Positions 52,089-62,500 of a DNA stretch of 64,000 bases are shown here, piece after piece. The position numbers and the translations under genes were made by a program. Where the stretch lies: NCBI GenBank assembly GCA_963732935.1, contig CAVTBK010000001.1:608720-672719 (forward strand). The letters run 5' to 3'. How positions within the stretch are numbered: position 1 is the first letter of the stretch; each line of letters opens with the position of its first letter. Source of the DNA: an uncultured Acidobacteriota bacterium. GTDB taxonomy: Bacteria > Acidobacteriota > Vicinamibacteria > Fen-336. The notes under the pieces were generated by a model, which saw nothing but the letters and a program-made list of their open reading frames with translations, did not search any database and was not told the DNA's origin.

Positions 52089-53887
52089 GGATCTACGAGG
52101 ATCTGCGTCTCGTGCAGTCGCGTCTGGCGCTGCTCCAGGCCCTGGTGGTCGGGTTGGTGGTGGTGCTGGTGGTCCAGTTCTGGAACCTGCAGGTGGTGCG
52201 GGCGCGGCACTTCCGGCAGCTCGCGGAGAGCAACCGGTCGCGCGTGGTCACCCTGGCGGCGCCGCGAGGGGCGCTGCTGGACCGCAGCGGGCGGCTGCTG
52301 GTCGGCAACCGCCCCTCCTTCAACGTGGTGCTCACAGCGGAGCACGCCGACAACCTGGACCGGGTGGTCTCGCGGCTGGCGCAGACGCTCGGCGTGGGCG
52401 AGGCCGTGCTGCGCGAGCGGCTCGCGCGCCGCCAGCCCTATCGCCCGCTGGTCGTGAAGAGCGACGCCAGCCTGGCCGACGTGGCGGCGCTCGAGGCGCA
52501 CCGCCTGGAGCTGCCGGAGGTGAGCGTCGAGGTGGTGCCGCTGCGCTCGTACCCTCTCGCCTCGGCCGCCGCTCACGCGCTCGGGCGGGTGGGTGAGATC
52601 ACGGAACGACAGTTGGATCAGCCCGAGTTCAAGGCGCTCGCTCCCGGTTCCCTGGTCGGGCAGGCGGGCGTCGAGGCCCGCTACAACAACCAGCTGATGG
52701 GCAAGGACGGCTTCCGGCGGGTGATCGTCAACAGCCGCGGGCTCGAGGTGGCCGAGGCCGACCGCCAGGCGCCCGAGGACGGCCCGACCCTGACCTTGAC
52801 CATCGACGCGCGGCTGCAGGCGGCGATGGAGCGGGCCTTCGCCGGCCGCGCGGGTTCGGCCGTGGCGCTCGATCCCAGGAACGGCGAGATCCTGGCGATG
52901 ACCTCGACGCCCGGTTACGACCCCAACGAGTTCACGACCGGGATCGATCCGGCCCTGTGGGCGCAGTTGGCGACGGACCCGCGGACCCCCCTCATCAACC
53001 GGGTGATCCAGGGCACCTACTCGCCGGGCAGTACCTTCAAGATCATCGCGGCGGTCGCCGCGCTCGAGGAGGGCGTCATCACGCCCGAGACGACCTTCTA
53101 CTGCCCGGGGCAGCTCGCGGTCTACGGAACGGTCTTCCACTGCGCTCGGGCGAGCGGGCACGGTACGGTCAACCTGCGCCAGGCGATTGCGCAGTCCTGC
53201 AACGTCTATTTCTACCAGGTCGGCATTCGCCTCGAGATCGAGCGGCTCGCCAAGTGGGCGACCCGCATGGGCCTCGGCACGCCGACCGGGGTCGACCTGC
53301 CGCACGAGCTGTCCGGCATCATGCCCAGCCCGGAGTGGAAGCAGCGCCTCTTCCACCTGCCCTGGTACGCCGGCGAGACCGTGTCGGTCGCGATCGGCCA
53401 GGGGCAGGTGAGCGCAACGCCCCTGCAGATGGCCCGGGTGGTGGCGGTGATCGCGAACGGCGGCAAGCTGGTGCGGCCCCACCTGGTCAAGGGCGCCCCG
53501 GGGATGGAGCCCGTTCCTCTCGGCATCCGGCCGGCCACGATCGAGGCGGTGAAAGCGGGCATGGTCGGGGTGGTGGCGGGCGGCACCGGCTGGCGGGCGC
53601 GCCTGCCGATGGTCGCCGTCGCGGGCAAGACCGGCTCGGCCCAGGTGGTGACGCGGGCCCGCCTCCAGCAGTCGCCCAACCAGACCGATATCCTCCCCCA
53701 CGGCTGGTTCGTGTGTTTCGCGCCGGCCGACCACCCGACCATCGCCATGGCGGTGCTGGTCGAGCATGGCCGCAGCGGAGGGGAGTCGGCGGCGCCGGTC
53801 GCTCGTCAGATCCTGGCCGAGTGGTTCGGCCTCGACAAGGCCCCCGCGAGACCGACGGCCATGGTCGCCCGGGCGGCGGAGGAGTGA
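52085..53887 (+). CDS. mrdA: Penicillin-binding protein 2
   Basis: APRGALLDR, PGSTFK (SxxK), SCN (SxN) and KTG motifs. Confidence 0.95.
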   Translation: MRIYEDLRLVQSRLALLQALVVGLVVVLVVQFWNLQVVRARHFRQLAESNRSRVVTLAAPRGALLDRSGRLLVGNRPSFNVVLTAEHADNLDRVVSRLAQTLGVGEAVLRERLARRQPYRPLVVKSDASLADVAALEAHRLELPEVSVEVVPLRSYPLASAAAHALGRVGEITERQLDQPEFKALAPGSLVGQAGVEARYNNQLMGKDGFRRVIVNSRGLEVAEADRQAPEDGPTLTLTIDARLQAAMERAFAGRAGSAVALDPRNGEILAMTSTPGYDPNEFTTGIDPALWAQLATDPRTPLINRVIQGTYSPGSTFKIIAAVAALEEGVITPETTFYCPGQLAVYGTVFHCARASGHGTVNLRQAIAQSCNVYFYQVGIRLEIERLAKWATRMGLGTPTGVDLPHELSGIMPSPEWKQRLFHLPWYAGETVSVAIGQGQVSATPLQMARVVAVIANGGKLVRPHLVKGAPGMEPVPLGIRPATIEAVKAGMVGVVAGGTGWRARLPMVAVAGKTGSAQVVTRARLQQSPNQTDILPHGWFVCFAPADHPTIAMAVLVEHGRSGGESAAPVARQILAEWFGLDKAPARPTAMVARAAEE

Positions 53888-53890
53888 GAC

Positions 53891-54985
53891 GTGCCCGGGC
53901 TCGACCGGCGGCTCCTGTACAACGTCGACTGGGTGCTGCTCGGCGCCAGCCTGGCGTTGGCGCTGGTCGGGGTCGCCATGATCTACTCCGCCACTCACTC
54001 GGGCCGGCTGGCGGATCACTATCTGAAGCAGCTCCTCTTCATCGCGCTCGGGCTGGTGGGGCTCGCCGTGACCGCGCTCGCCGACTATCGACGGGTCGCC
54101 GACCGCGCGATGCTGCTCTACGGCGCCTCCGTGCTGGCGCTGCTCTACGTGCTTCAGTTCGCCCCGGTGCGCGCCGGGACCCAGCGCTGGATCGTGCTCG
54201 CGGGCTTCCAGCTGCAGCCCTCGGAGTTCGTCAAGCTGGCGGCCGCCGTCTTCGTGGCCAAGATCTTCTCCGAGTACCGCCAGGAGACGTTGGGCCTGGT
54301 CGACCTCGCGGTGCCGGGCGCCGCCGTGGGCCTGCTCGCGCTGCTGATCGCCCGCCAGCCGGACCTGGGCACGGCGGTGTGTCTGCTGCCGCTCCTCTTC
54401 ACGGTCGCGTTCCTCGCCGGCCTGCGGCTCCGGGCGGTGGCCGCGCTCGCGCTGGCTCTGGTCGTGGCGGCGTCGCTCACCTGGCCCTTCCTGCACGACT
54501 ACCAGAAGACGCGCATCTACACCTTCCTGGATCCCTCGCTCGACCCGCGCGGGGCCGGCTATCAGAAGATCCAATCCCAGATCGCGGTCGGCTCCGGCGG
54601 TCTGGTCGGCAAGGGCTTCACGAAGGGGAGCCAGGCCCAGCTCGGTTACCTGCCCGCCCGCCACACGGATTTCGTCTTCTCGGTGCTGGCCGAGGAGACA
54701 GGGTTCATCGGCGTCTTCGTCGTCCTCTCGCTCTACCTGCTGGTGCTCTGGCGGATGCTCGAGGTGGCCCGACTGGCGCGGGACCGGCTGGGTGCCTTCC
54801 TGGTCGCCGCGCTGGCAGGGAGCTTCGGATTTCAGGTCGTGTACAATGTCGCCATGGTCGCGGGGCTCGTGCCCGTCAAGGGCCTCCCGTTGCCCCTCAT
54901 GAGCTACGGAGGCTCGTCCATCCTCTCCTCGCTCATGGGCGTCGGCCTCGTCCTCAGTGTGCGGATGCGGCGTTTCGCGAACTGA
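53891..54985 (+). CDS. rodA: Rod shape-determining protein RodA
   Basis: QPSEFVK, QPDLGT, HTDFVF and PLMSYGGS motifs. Confidence 0.95.
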   Translation: MPGLDRRLLYNVDWVLLGASLALALVGVAMIYSATHSGRLADHYLKQLLFIALGLVGLAVTALADYRRVADRAMLLYGASVLALLYVLQFAPVRAGTQRWIVLAGFQLQPSEFVKLAAAVFVAKIFSEYRQETLGLVDLAVPGAAVGLLALLIARQPDLGTAVCLLPLLFTVAFLAGLRLRAVAALALALVVAASLTWPFLHDYQKTRIYTFLDPSLDPRGAGYQKIQSQIAVGSGGLVGKGFTKGSQAQLGYLPARHTDFVFSVLAEETGFIGVFVVLSLYLLVLWRMLEVARLARDRLGAFLVAALAGSFGFQVVYNVAMVAGLVPVKGLPLPLMSYGGSSILSSLMGVGLVLSVRMRRFAN

Positions 54986-55037
54986 CGTCGCTCGCGGTCG
55001 GCGCCTCCTCGGACTCCAAGTCGGCCCCGGTTCGTCA

Positions 55038-56519
55038 ATGAGCAGAGACCTGATCGTCAGCTCCAGCCCCCGCGAGACGCGGGTCGCGCTCCTGGAAGAA
55101 GGGGTGATCGCGGAGCTGTTCATCGAACGCGAAACGCAGCGGGGGATCGTCGGCAGCATCTACAAGGGCCGCGTCACCCGCGTCCTGCCCGGGATGCAGT
55201 CCGCTTTCGTCGAGATCGGCCTCGAGCGCGACGCCTTCCTGCATGCCGCCGACGTGTTCGAGGAGCTGCCCGAGAACCTGCTGACCTCCGAGGAGCTCGC
55301 CAGCGCCCGGGAGGCCCCGATCGAGGACCGGCTGCACGAGGGGCAGGAGCTGGTGGTGCAGGTCCTGAAGGAGCCGATGGGGACGAAGGGGGCTCGCATC
55401 ACGTCCCACGTCTCGCTGCCCGGTCGCTACCTGGTGCTGATGCCGACCGTCGAGCACGTGGGCGTCTCGCGCAAGATCACCGACGAGGAGGAGCGCCGAC
55501 GGCTGAAGGCGATCCTCAAGGAGTTCCGGCAGGAGCGCGGCGGCGGGGGTCTCATCGCGCGGACCGCGGGCCTCGGCCGCGACGCTGAGGCCTTCTTCCG
55601 CGACGGACGCTATCTCTCGCGCACCTGGGACGAGGTGCGGGCCCTCGCCTCGCGCCAGCGGGCGCCGGTGCTGCTCTACCGCGAGCCTTCTCTGGTCGAG
55701 CGGCTGCTGCGCGACCTGCTCTCGGAGGAGATCTCCTCGATCCGCCTCGACAACGAGCGTGAGTTCCAGAGGACGCTCGAGCTGGTGCGGGCGCTCGAGC
55801 CATCCCTGGCGCCGCGGGTGCGGCTCCACCAGGGACCGGCCGGGATCATGGAGGAGCACGGCGTCAGCGCCGAGCTGGAGCGCGCGCTCCGCTCCAAGGT
55901 CTGGCTGCCGAGCGGGGGCTACATCGTCATCAACCAGACCGAGGCGCTGGTGGCGATCGACGTGAACACCGGGAGGTTCGTCGGCAAGAACCACCTGGAG
56001 GAAACCCTGCTCAAGGCGAACCTCGACGCGGTGCGCGAGATCGTGCGCCAGATCCGCCTGCGCGACCTGGGCGGCATCATCGTCGTCGACTTCATCGACA
56101 TGGAGGAGCGCAAGAGCCGCCGCGACGTGATGCGGGCGCTCGAGCAGGAGCTGCGCAGCGACCGATCACCCACCAAGATGCTCTCCGTGAACGAGTTCGG
56201 GCTCGTGGTCCTGACGCGCAAGCGGGTGAAGCAGTCCCTGGAGCGCCTGCTCATGCAACCGTGTCCCTACTGCTCAGGGAGCGGCCAGGTGAAGAGCGTC
56301 GGCACGGTCTGTTCCGAGATCTACGACGAGGTCCGCAAGCTGGCCGCCGACATGAGCGGCCAGCGGCTCCTGCTGCGCGTCAACCCGGAGGTGGCGCGCG
56401 CGCTCGCGGGCGAGGAGGCGTCGGTGGTGAGAGCGCTCGCCGCCCTGGTCGGTGGCGAGGTCTCTCTCCAGACCGATCCGCTCCTCCACCAGGAGCAGTT
56501 CGACGTGGTGGCGGTGTGA
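55038..56519 (+). CDS. rng: Ribonuclease G/E family
   Basis: GSIYKGRV.RVLPGMQSAF, IDVNTG, GGIIVVDFIDM and CPYCSGSG motifs. Confidence 0.94.
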   Translation: MSRDLIVSSSPRETRVALLEEGVIAELFIERETQRGIVGSIYKGRVTRVLPGMQSAFVEIGLERDAFLHAADVFEELPENLLTSEELASAREAPIEDRLHEGQELVVQVLKEPMGTKGARITSHVSLPGRYLVLMPTVEHVGVSRKITDEEERRRLKAILKEFRQERGGGGLIARTAGLGRDAEAFFRDGRYLSRTWDEVRALASRQRAPVLLYREPSLVERLLRDLLSEEISSIRLDNEREFQRTLELVRALEPSLAPRVRLHQGPAGIMEEHGVSAELERALRSKVWLPSGGYIVINQTEALVAIDVNTGRFVGKNHLEETLLKANLDAVREIVRQIRLRDLGGIIVVDFIDMEERKSRRDVMRALEQELRSDRSPTKMLSVNEFGLVVLTRKRVKQSLERLLMQPCPYCSGSGQVKSVGTVCSEIYDEVRKLAADMSGQRLLLRVNPEVARALAGEEASVVRALAALVGGEVSLQTDPLLHQEQFDVVAV

Positions 56520-57172
56520 GCGCGTCAGGACCGCCCCGGGACGAGGCCCTGGTCGCCTTCGTGGAGGCGATCGAGTCGGCGCTGCGCGCCCGACGGGGCA
56601 CCGACCAGGCCCTCTCGCCGCGGGACTTCTCGCTCGCCCGCGGCTGGTACGAGGCCGGCGTGCCCCTCGCCACCGTGCTGGTGGCGATCGATCTCGCTGC
56701 CGAGACCGATCCCCGCACGACCAGCCTCGCCGTCCTGCGCCGACGGGTGGAGGAGCTGGCCGCGCTCGGACCGCGGCCGGAGGGGCCGAGCCGCGAGACC
56801 GAGCACCTGAGCCTGCCCGAGCTCGCCGAGCGCCTGGCCGTCCTGCGCGAGCGGCTGCTGGAGCTGCCGGGCCGCGTCGCCGCACAGCCCCTCGCGGAGG
56901 TGGCGGAGGTCGCGGACCTGGTCGCGGTCGCGTCCCGCCCCAACTGGGATTATCTGCGACGGCACCTGCACCGGATCGACGAGCTGGTGGCGCAGGCCGC
57001 AGTCGAGGCCCTCTCGGCGAACGACGACGACGCCATCCGCGCCGAGGCCGAGCGTTCGGCCCACCGGCACCGCGGCCGGGTCGACGACCGCTCGCTCGAG
57101 GAGGCACTGGAGCGTCTGGTGCGGCAGCGTGCGCGTGAGAAGCTGCGCCTGCCGCGGGTCAGCCTCGATTAG
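56516..57172 (+). CDS. Hypothetical helical protein (N-terminus resembles a DnaD/DnaB_2-like domain)
   Basis: GTGA overlap with rng, high-GC3 codons, RRG...LSPRDFSLARGWYEAGVPLATVLVAID motif. Confidence 0.7.
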   Translation: MSASGPPRDEALVAFVEAIESALRARRGTDQALSPRDFSLARGWYEAGVPLATVLVAIDLAAETDPRTTSLAVLRRRVEELAALGPRPEGPSRETEHLSLPELAERLAVLRERLLELPGRVAAQPLAEVAEVADLVAVASRPNWDYLRRHLHRIDELVAQAAVEALSANDDDAIRAEAERSAHRHRGRVDDRSLEEALERLVRQRAREKLRLPRVSLD

Positions 57173-57528
57173 CGCGCCGCCCGCCGCCGACGGGGCCGCG
57201 CCGGACCGCCCCCGCAGAGGCCGTAGCGACCGAGGTCGACCCGATCCTTCGTGAAGCGCACGCCTTCGGCGCGCAGGCGCCGGCGCTGCTCGCGGCCTCC
57301 CATGGCATCGGGAAGCGATATCCTCCCTTGCGCACCGAGCACGCGGTGCCAGGGCACGCCCGCTGCCGTCCTGCCGTGCAGGGCCCGCAGCGCCCAGCCG
57401 ACGGCGCGGGCCCCGCGGCTCACGCCGACCAGCGCGGCGACCTGGCCGTAGCTCGCGACCCGGCCCCGCGGGATCTCACGCACCAGGTCATAGACCCGGG
57501 CGAAGAAGCCCGGCGCCGCGGCGCTCAC
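57169..57528 (-). CDS. Alkyltransferase-like protein (ATL/YbaZ, MGMT family)
   Basis: IPRGRVASYGQVA, ARAVG and PWHRV (Trp in place of the catalytic Cys). Confidence 0.9.
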   Translation of the reverse strand: MSAAAPGFFARVYDLVREIPRGRVASYGQVAALVGVSRGARAVGWALRALHGRTAAGVPWHRVLGAQGRISLPDAMGGREQRRRLRAEGVRFTKDRVDLGRYGLCGGGPARPRRRRAAR

Positions 57529-58742
57529 GGAACCGGCGGGCCCTCGGGCGGCTCTTCGCCGTTCGCTGGTGTGGGCCCTGCCGGCGCGGGGGTCGGGGAG
57601 GGTGGCGCGGGCTGAGCGGCGGTGGGCGGCACGACGCGCTCGGGGGCGGCCTGGGGCGTCATCGTGACCTCGTCCTCGCCGAGACCCACGGGCGCCGAGG
57701 CCGCCGGCGCGGCGGCAGCCGGCGAGCCGGGGACGTCACCCTCGATGCCCTCGAGCAGGCTGCTGTCCTGTATGGGACCGGTGAGCTGGAGCGGCACCTC
57801 CCGCACGCGCAGCTCGATCTGGGCGTTCTTGCGCAGGTCCTGGATGTACGCGTCGTACTCCTTCTCGAAGCGGCTCGTCATCAGCCGGTCGCGGATCTTC
57901 TCGCGTACCTGCGCGAAAGGCGTCGTGACCGACGGTGTCCTGGCGGCGACCCTGATGATCCGGTAGCCACCCTCGATGCGCACGGGGTCCGAGACGCCGC
58001 CGACCGACAGGGCGGCGGCCACCTTGCGCAGGGCCGGTGCCATGTCGTTCTCGGAGATCACGCCCACGTCGCCGCCTTGAGCACGGGACGGGGCCGAGGA
58101 GTGCGCCCGGGCGAGCGCCTGGAAGTCCTCGCCGGCGCGCGCCTTGGCCACGATCTGGCGCGCCAGCGCCTCGCCACCCGCCTCGTCGGTGACCACGATC
58201 TCCTGCAGGGTGACCTTGGCGGGCGTCGTGTATTCGCTCGCGCTCAGGCTGTCGTATTCCGCGCGCAGGTCCGCGTCGCTGATCGCGAGCTTCGGCTCGA
58301 TGTCGCGGCGGATGATCATCTCGCGCTGGATCCGGCTCTCGATGTTGCGCCGCAGCTCGCCGAAGGTGAGCCCCTCGCGCGCCAGGGCCGCCTCCAGCTC
58401 CTGCTGCGAGGAAAGGTTGTGCTCCTTGCGGACTTGTGCCAGCACCTCTTCGATGTATTGCGGGGGCGGCTTCAGATCCGCGTCCTCGGCCTTCTGGAGG
58501 ATCAGGACCTCGTCGATCGCGTCCTGCAGGATCCTGGCGTTGTGCTGACGGAGGAACGCGCCGACGCCGGCCGCGTCGACGTGCGCTGCCTGGGCGGCCT
58601 CGAGCTGTCGGGCCTGGAACTCGCTGAGCGTGATGATCTGGCCGTTGACCTTGGCCACGACGCGCTCCACGATCTCGCCGCGCGCGAGCGGCGCGACCAG
58701 GAGGATGCTAGGAAGAAGGAATGGGAGCGAGAGCGGCCTCAT
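57525..58742 (-). CDS. SurA-like peptidyl-prolyl isomerase
   Basis: Signal peptide, IVERVVAKVNGQIIT, parvulin domain GEDFQALARAHS. Confidence 0.85.
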   Translation of the reverse strand: MRPLSLPFLLPSILLVAPLARGEIVERVVAKVNGQIITLSEFQARQLEAAQAAHVDAAGVGAFLRQHNARILQDAIDEVLILQKAEDADLKPPPQYIEEVLAQVRKEHNLSSQQELEAALAREGLTFGELRRNIESRIQREMIIRRDIEPKLAISDADLRAEYDSLSASEYTTPAKVTLQEIVVTDEAGGEALARQIVAKARAGEDFQALARAHSSAPSRAQGGDVGVISENDMAPALRKVAAALSVGGVSDPVRIEGGYRIIRVAARTPSVTTPFAQVREKIRDRLMTSRFEKEYDAYIQDLRKNAQIELRVREVPLQLTGPIQDSSLLEGIEGDVPGSPAAAAPAASAPVGLGEDEVTMTPQAAPERVVPPTAAQPAPPSPTPAPAGPTPANGEEPPEGPPVP

Positions 58743-59523
58743 AGTTCACCTTGGCCCGAGCCATCACCTGCGCCAGGAAAACCCGCTCGACCGCCTCGCG
58801 CTTCGCACGCGCGAGGCGGTCGCGGATCCTCTCGGATGCCTCCTCGAGGGGGATCTCGCGGGCCGCCTGGCGGGACTCGACCCTGAGCACATGATACCCG
58901 AGCGGTGAGGCCACCGGGTCGCTGGTGGCGCCCTCGGCGAGCGTGAAGGCCGCCGCCTCGAGCTCCGCCGGCAGCTGGCCGCGCTCGAAGGAGCCCATGT
59001 ACCCTCCCAGCTCCGCCTCGGGGCCCTTGGAAAGCGCGCGGGCCAGGCTGTCGAAGCTGCGCGGGTCGCGGGCGAGCCGCCTCTTCACGTCTCGGGCCTC
59101 GTTGAGCGAGCCCACCAGTATCTGGCGCAGGGTGACGCGTTCGGGGGTCGCGAGCTCCGCATGGTGTTCGGCGTACCAGGCCGCTATCTCCGCCGTGGAC
59201 ACCTGCACCGAGGCGACAGCCGAGGTCAGCAGGCGCGCGACCGCGGCCGCTTCCTGGTCGGCGGGAGCGTCCTTCCCGATCAGGCCCCGGCGACGCGCCT
59301 CGATCACGAGCGCTCGCTGCTCGAGGAAGCTCTCCAGGACGCCGCGGCGCGCCTCGGGCGCGAGCGGCCCGAAGCCGTGGACCGCGAGCCCGGCCAGGTG
59401 GCGGTCGAAGTCGCTCCGCCGCACCAGCTGTCCATCCAGCTTCAGGATCACGGGATCCTTCTCCGCGCAGCCGGCGGCGGCGAGCGTCAAGGCGACCACG
59501 AGGGGGGCGAGCGGGCGGTGCAT
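58708..59523 (-). CDS. PpiC/PrsA-type peptidyl-prolyl isomerase lipoprotein
   Basis: Lipobox AAGC; LRQILV, GGYMG and SPLGYHV motifs. Confidence 0.85.
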   Translation of the reverse strand: MHRPLAPLVVALTLAAAGCAEKDPVILKLDGQLVRRSDFDRHLAGLAVHGFGPLAPEARRGVLESFLEQRALVIEARRRGLIGKDAPADQEAAAVARLLTSAVASVQVSTAEIAAWYAEHHAELATPERVTLRQILVGSLNEARDVKRRLARDPRSFDSLARALSKGPEAELGGYMGSFERGQLPAELEAAAFTLAEGATSDPVASPLGYHVLRVESRQAAREIPLEEASERIRDRLARAKREAVERVFLAQVMARAKVNYEAALAPIPSS

Positions 59524-59540
59524 GGCCTTCGGGCCTCGGA

Positions 59541-62500
59541 TTATAGGCCCCCGCGCAGCGCGTCGAGCAAAGTGCCGAGTCCGCCCAGCGGCGTCTCCGC
59601 CGGGGCGAGCGGCCAGCGCAGACCGTCGGGGAGGAGCGCCCCTCCGCGCCGCCCGCTGGCGAGCTCGACGAGCCGCTCGGGTGTCACCGTGGTCCGAGGA
59701 TCGAGGCGCACGACCAGGGTGCCGGAGACGAGGGACGCCTCGGTCACGCCCAGCACCTCCGCCCGAGCGCGCAGTTCCGCGTAGCGCAGGAGCCCCTCGA
59801 CCTCGACCGGAGGCGGGCCGTAGCGGTCGCGCAGCTCCGCCCGCAGCGCCTCGACCTCGCTCGCGTCCCGGGTCTGGCTGACCCGCTTGTAGATGGAGAG
59901 CCGCTGGTAGGTCTCGGGCACGTACTCCGGCGGCACCCGCATCTCGAGCCGCAGGTTGAGGATCGCACGGGAGGCCTCCGGGGCCGCCTCGCCGCGCAGC
60001 TCGCCGATCGCCTGCTCCAGCAGCTTCACGTAGAGGTCGAGCCCGACCGCCTGGAGGTGGCCGCTCTGCTGGCCGCCCAGCAGGTTGCCCGCGCCGCGCA
60101 GCTCCAGGTCCAGCGCGGCGATGCGGAAGCCGGCACCGAGGTCGGAGAACTCGCGGATCGCCGCCAGGCGCTTGCGGGCGATCTCGGAGAGGACGGTGTC
60201 GGGCGGTACCAGCAGGTGCGCGTAGGCGCGCCGGTCCGAGCGGCCGACCCGCCCGCGCAGCTGATAGAGCTGGGCGAGGCCGTAGCGATCGGCGCGATTG
60301 ACCAGGAGCGTGTTGGCGCGCGGGATGTCGAGCCCGTTCTCGACGATCGTGGTGGCGACCAGGACGTCGAGACGGCCCTCCACGAAGGCGAGCATCACGC
60401 GCTCCAGCTCCGCCTCGGGCATCTGGCCGTGGGCGACCCCGACTCGGGCCTCGGAGACCAGCCGCTGCACGAGGCTCGCCAGCGAGTAGATGGACTCGAC
60501 TCGGTTGTGGACGAAGAAGACCTGCCCGTCGCGCGCCAGCTCCTGGCGGATCGCCGCCGCGATCACCTCGGTCGAGAACTTCACGATCGCGGTCTGGATC
60601 GCCAGGCGGTCCCGCGGCGGCGTCTCGATCACCGACATGTCGCGGATCCCGCTGAGTCCCATCTGCAGGGTGCGCGGGATGGGCGTCGCCGAGAGCGTGA
60701 GGCAGTCGACGTTCGTCTTGAGCCGCTTGAGCCTCTCCTTGGCCGCGACCCCGAAGCGCTGCTCCTCGTCGACGATCAGCAGCCCCAGGTCGCGGAAGGC
60801 GACGTCCTTCGAGAGCAGGCGGTGGGTGCCGATCAGGACGTCGAGGGCGCCGCCCGCGGCGCGCGCCAGCACGGCCTTCGTCTCCTTGGCCGAGCGGAAG
60901 CGCGAGATCATGTCGATCGTGACCGGGAAGGGCGCGAAGCGTTTGCGGAAGGTCTTCCAGTGCTGGAAGGCGAGGATGGTCGTGGGCGCGAGCACCGCGA
61001 CCTGCTTGCCGTCGAGCACGCAGCGCATGGCCGCGCGCATGGCCACCTCGGTCTTGCCGTAGCCGACGTCCCCGCAGATCAGGCGGTCCATGGGCGCGGG
61101 GGCGGCCATGTCGGCGGCGACGTCACGGATCGCCTGCTCCTGGTCCCCGGTCTCCTCGTACTCGAAGGCCTCCTCGAACTCGCGCTGCCACGGGCTTTCG
61201 CCCGTGAAGGCGTGACCGGGCCGGGCCTTGCGTTCCGCGTAGAGGCGCAGCAGCTCCTGCGCCATGTCTCGCATCGCCTTCTTGACCCGGCTCTTCGTCT
61301 TCTCCCAGGCGCCGCTGCCCAGCCGGTCGATCGCCGGCCGCGCGCCTTCCGCGCTCGCGTACTTCTGGATGCGGTCAAAAGCTTCGACCGGAACCTTGAG
61401 CTTGTCGCCGCCCTTGTAGCCGAGGACCATGAACTCCCGGGTCGACCCGGCGACCTCGAGGGTCTCCAGGCCCAGGAAGCGGCCGATGCCGTGCTCCTCG
61501 TGCACGACCAGGTCGCCGATCTTCAGGTCCCGGAAGTCGGAGAGGAAGCTGCGGAGCCCCCCGCGCCGCCGACCCCGGGCGTGCAGGTGCACCTCCTCCG
61601 GAAAGACGTCGCCGTCGGCCAGCACGCTGAGGCGGGCCTCCGGCAGCTCGAAACCGCGGGAGAGCGAGCCGACCCGGGTCCGAACCGCCAGCCCCTCGCC
61701 GACGGCGATGCCGTCCTCCCGCAGCAGGTCGCCGAGGCGATCCGCGCGGCCGGGGTTGCCCAGGAAGACGACCGTCGTGCCGCTCGCGCGCCTGAGGTCG
61801 TCGGCAAGGCGGACGAGGTCGCCCGCATAGAGCGGCGCCGGGCGGCAGGAGATGTGGAACGAGCCGTCCTCGCTCGCGACCTCGCGGACCTCGATCGAGG
61901 GCGCGCGTGCGAGACGTTCCTGGAGGGCGGCCGGGGCGATCAGCAGCTCCTCGGGTGCCGCGGTGAGCCCCTCGGCGTGGCGCGCCTGGTCTTCGCAGGC
62001 CCGGGCCCAGAAGCTCTCGGTCTCCTGACGCACCAGCTCCGGCTCGACGATCACGACCGGCCCGGGGGGCAAGTGGTCCCACGGGGGCTGGGTGGCGCCG
62101 GGTACGAGCGGCACCAGGTCGGCCAGGAGCTCGGGCTGCAACCCCCGCTCGAGCGAGGCGAGCAGGGGCGCGAGCTCTCGCCGGTCGGAGAAGCGCTCCT
62201 CGAGAATCGGGGCGAGCGCCGCCAGCACGGAGCGGGTCGCGAAGACGTCGGAGAGCGGCAGGGTGACGAGACAGTCGAGGGGACCCGTGGCGCGCTGGCT
62301 GTCCGGGTCGAAGTGACGCAGGCTCTCGACCGTGTCCCCGAAGAACTCGATGCGTACCGGGTCTTCCGCGTCCGAGGGGAACACGTCGAGGATGCCGCCG
62401 CGCCGCGCCATCTGACCGGGCGCGGTCACCGGGTCCTCACGTGCGTAGCCCCCCTCGTCGAGGGCCTCGAGCAGGATCTCGGGCGTCATCTCGTCGCCCG

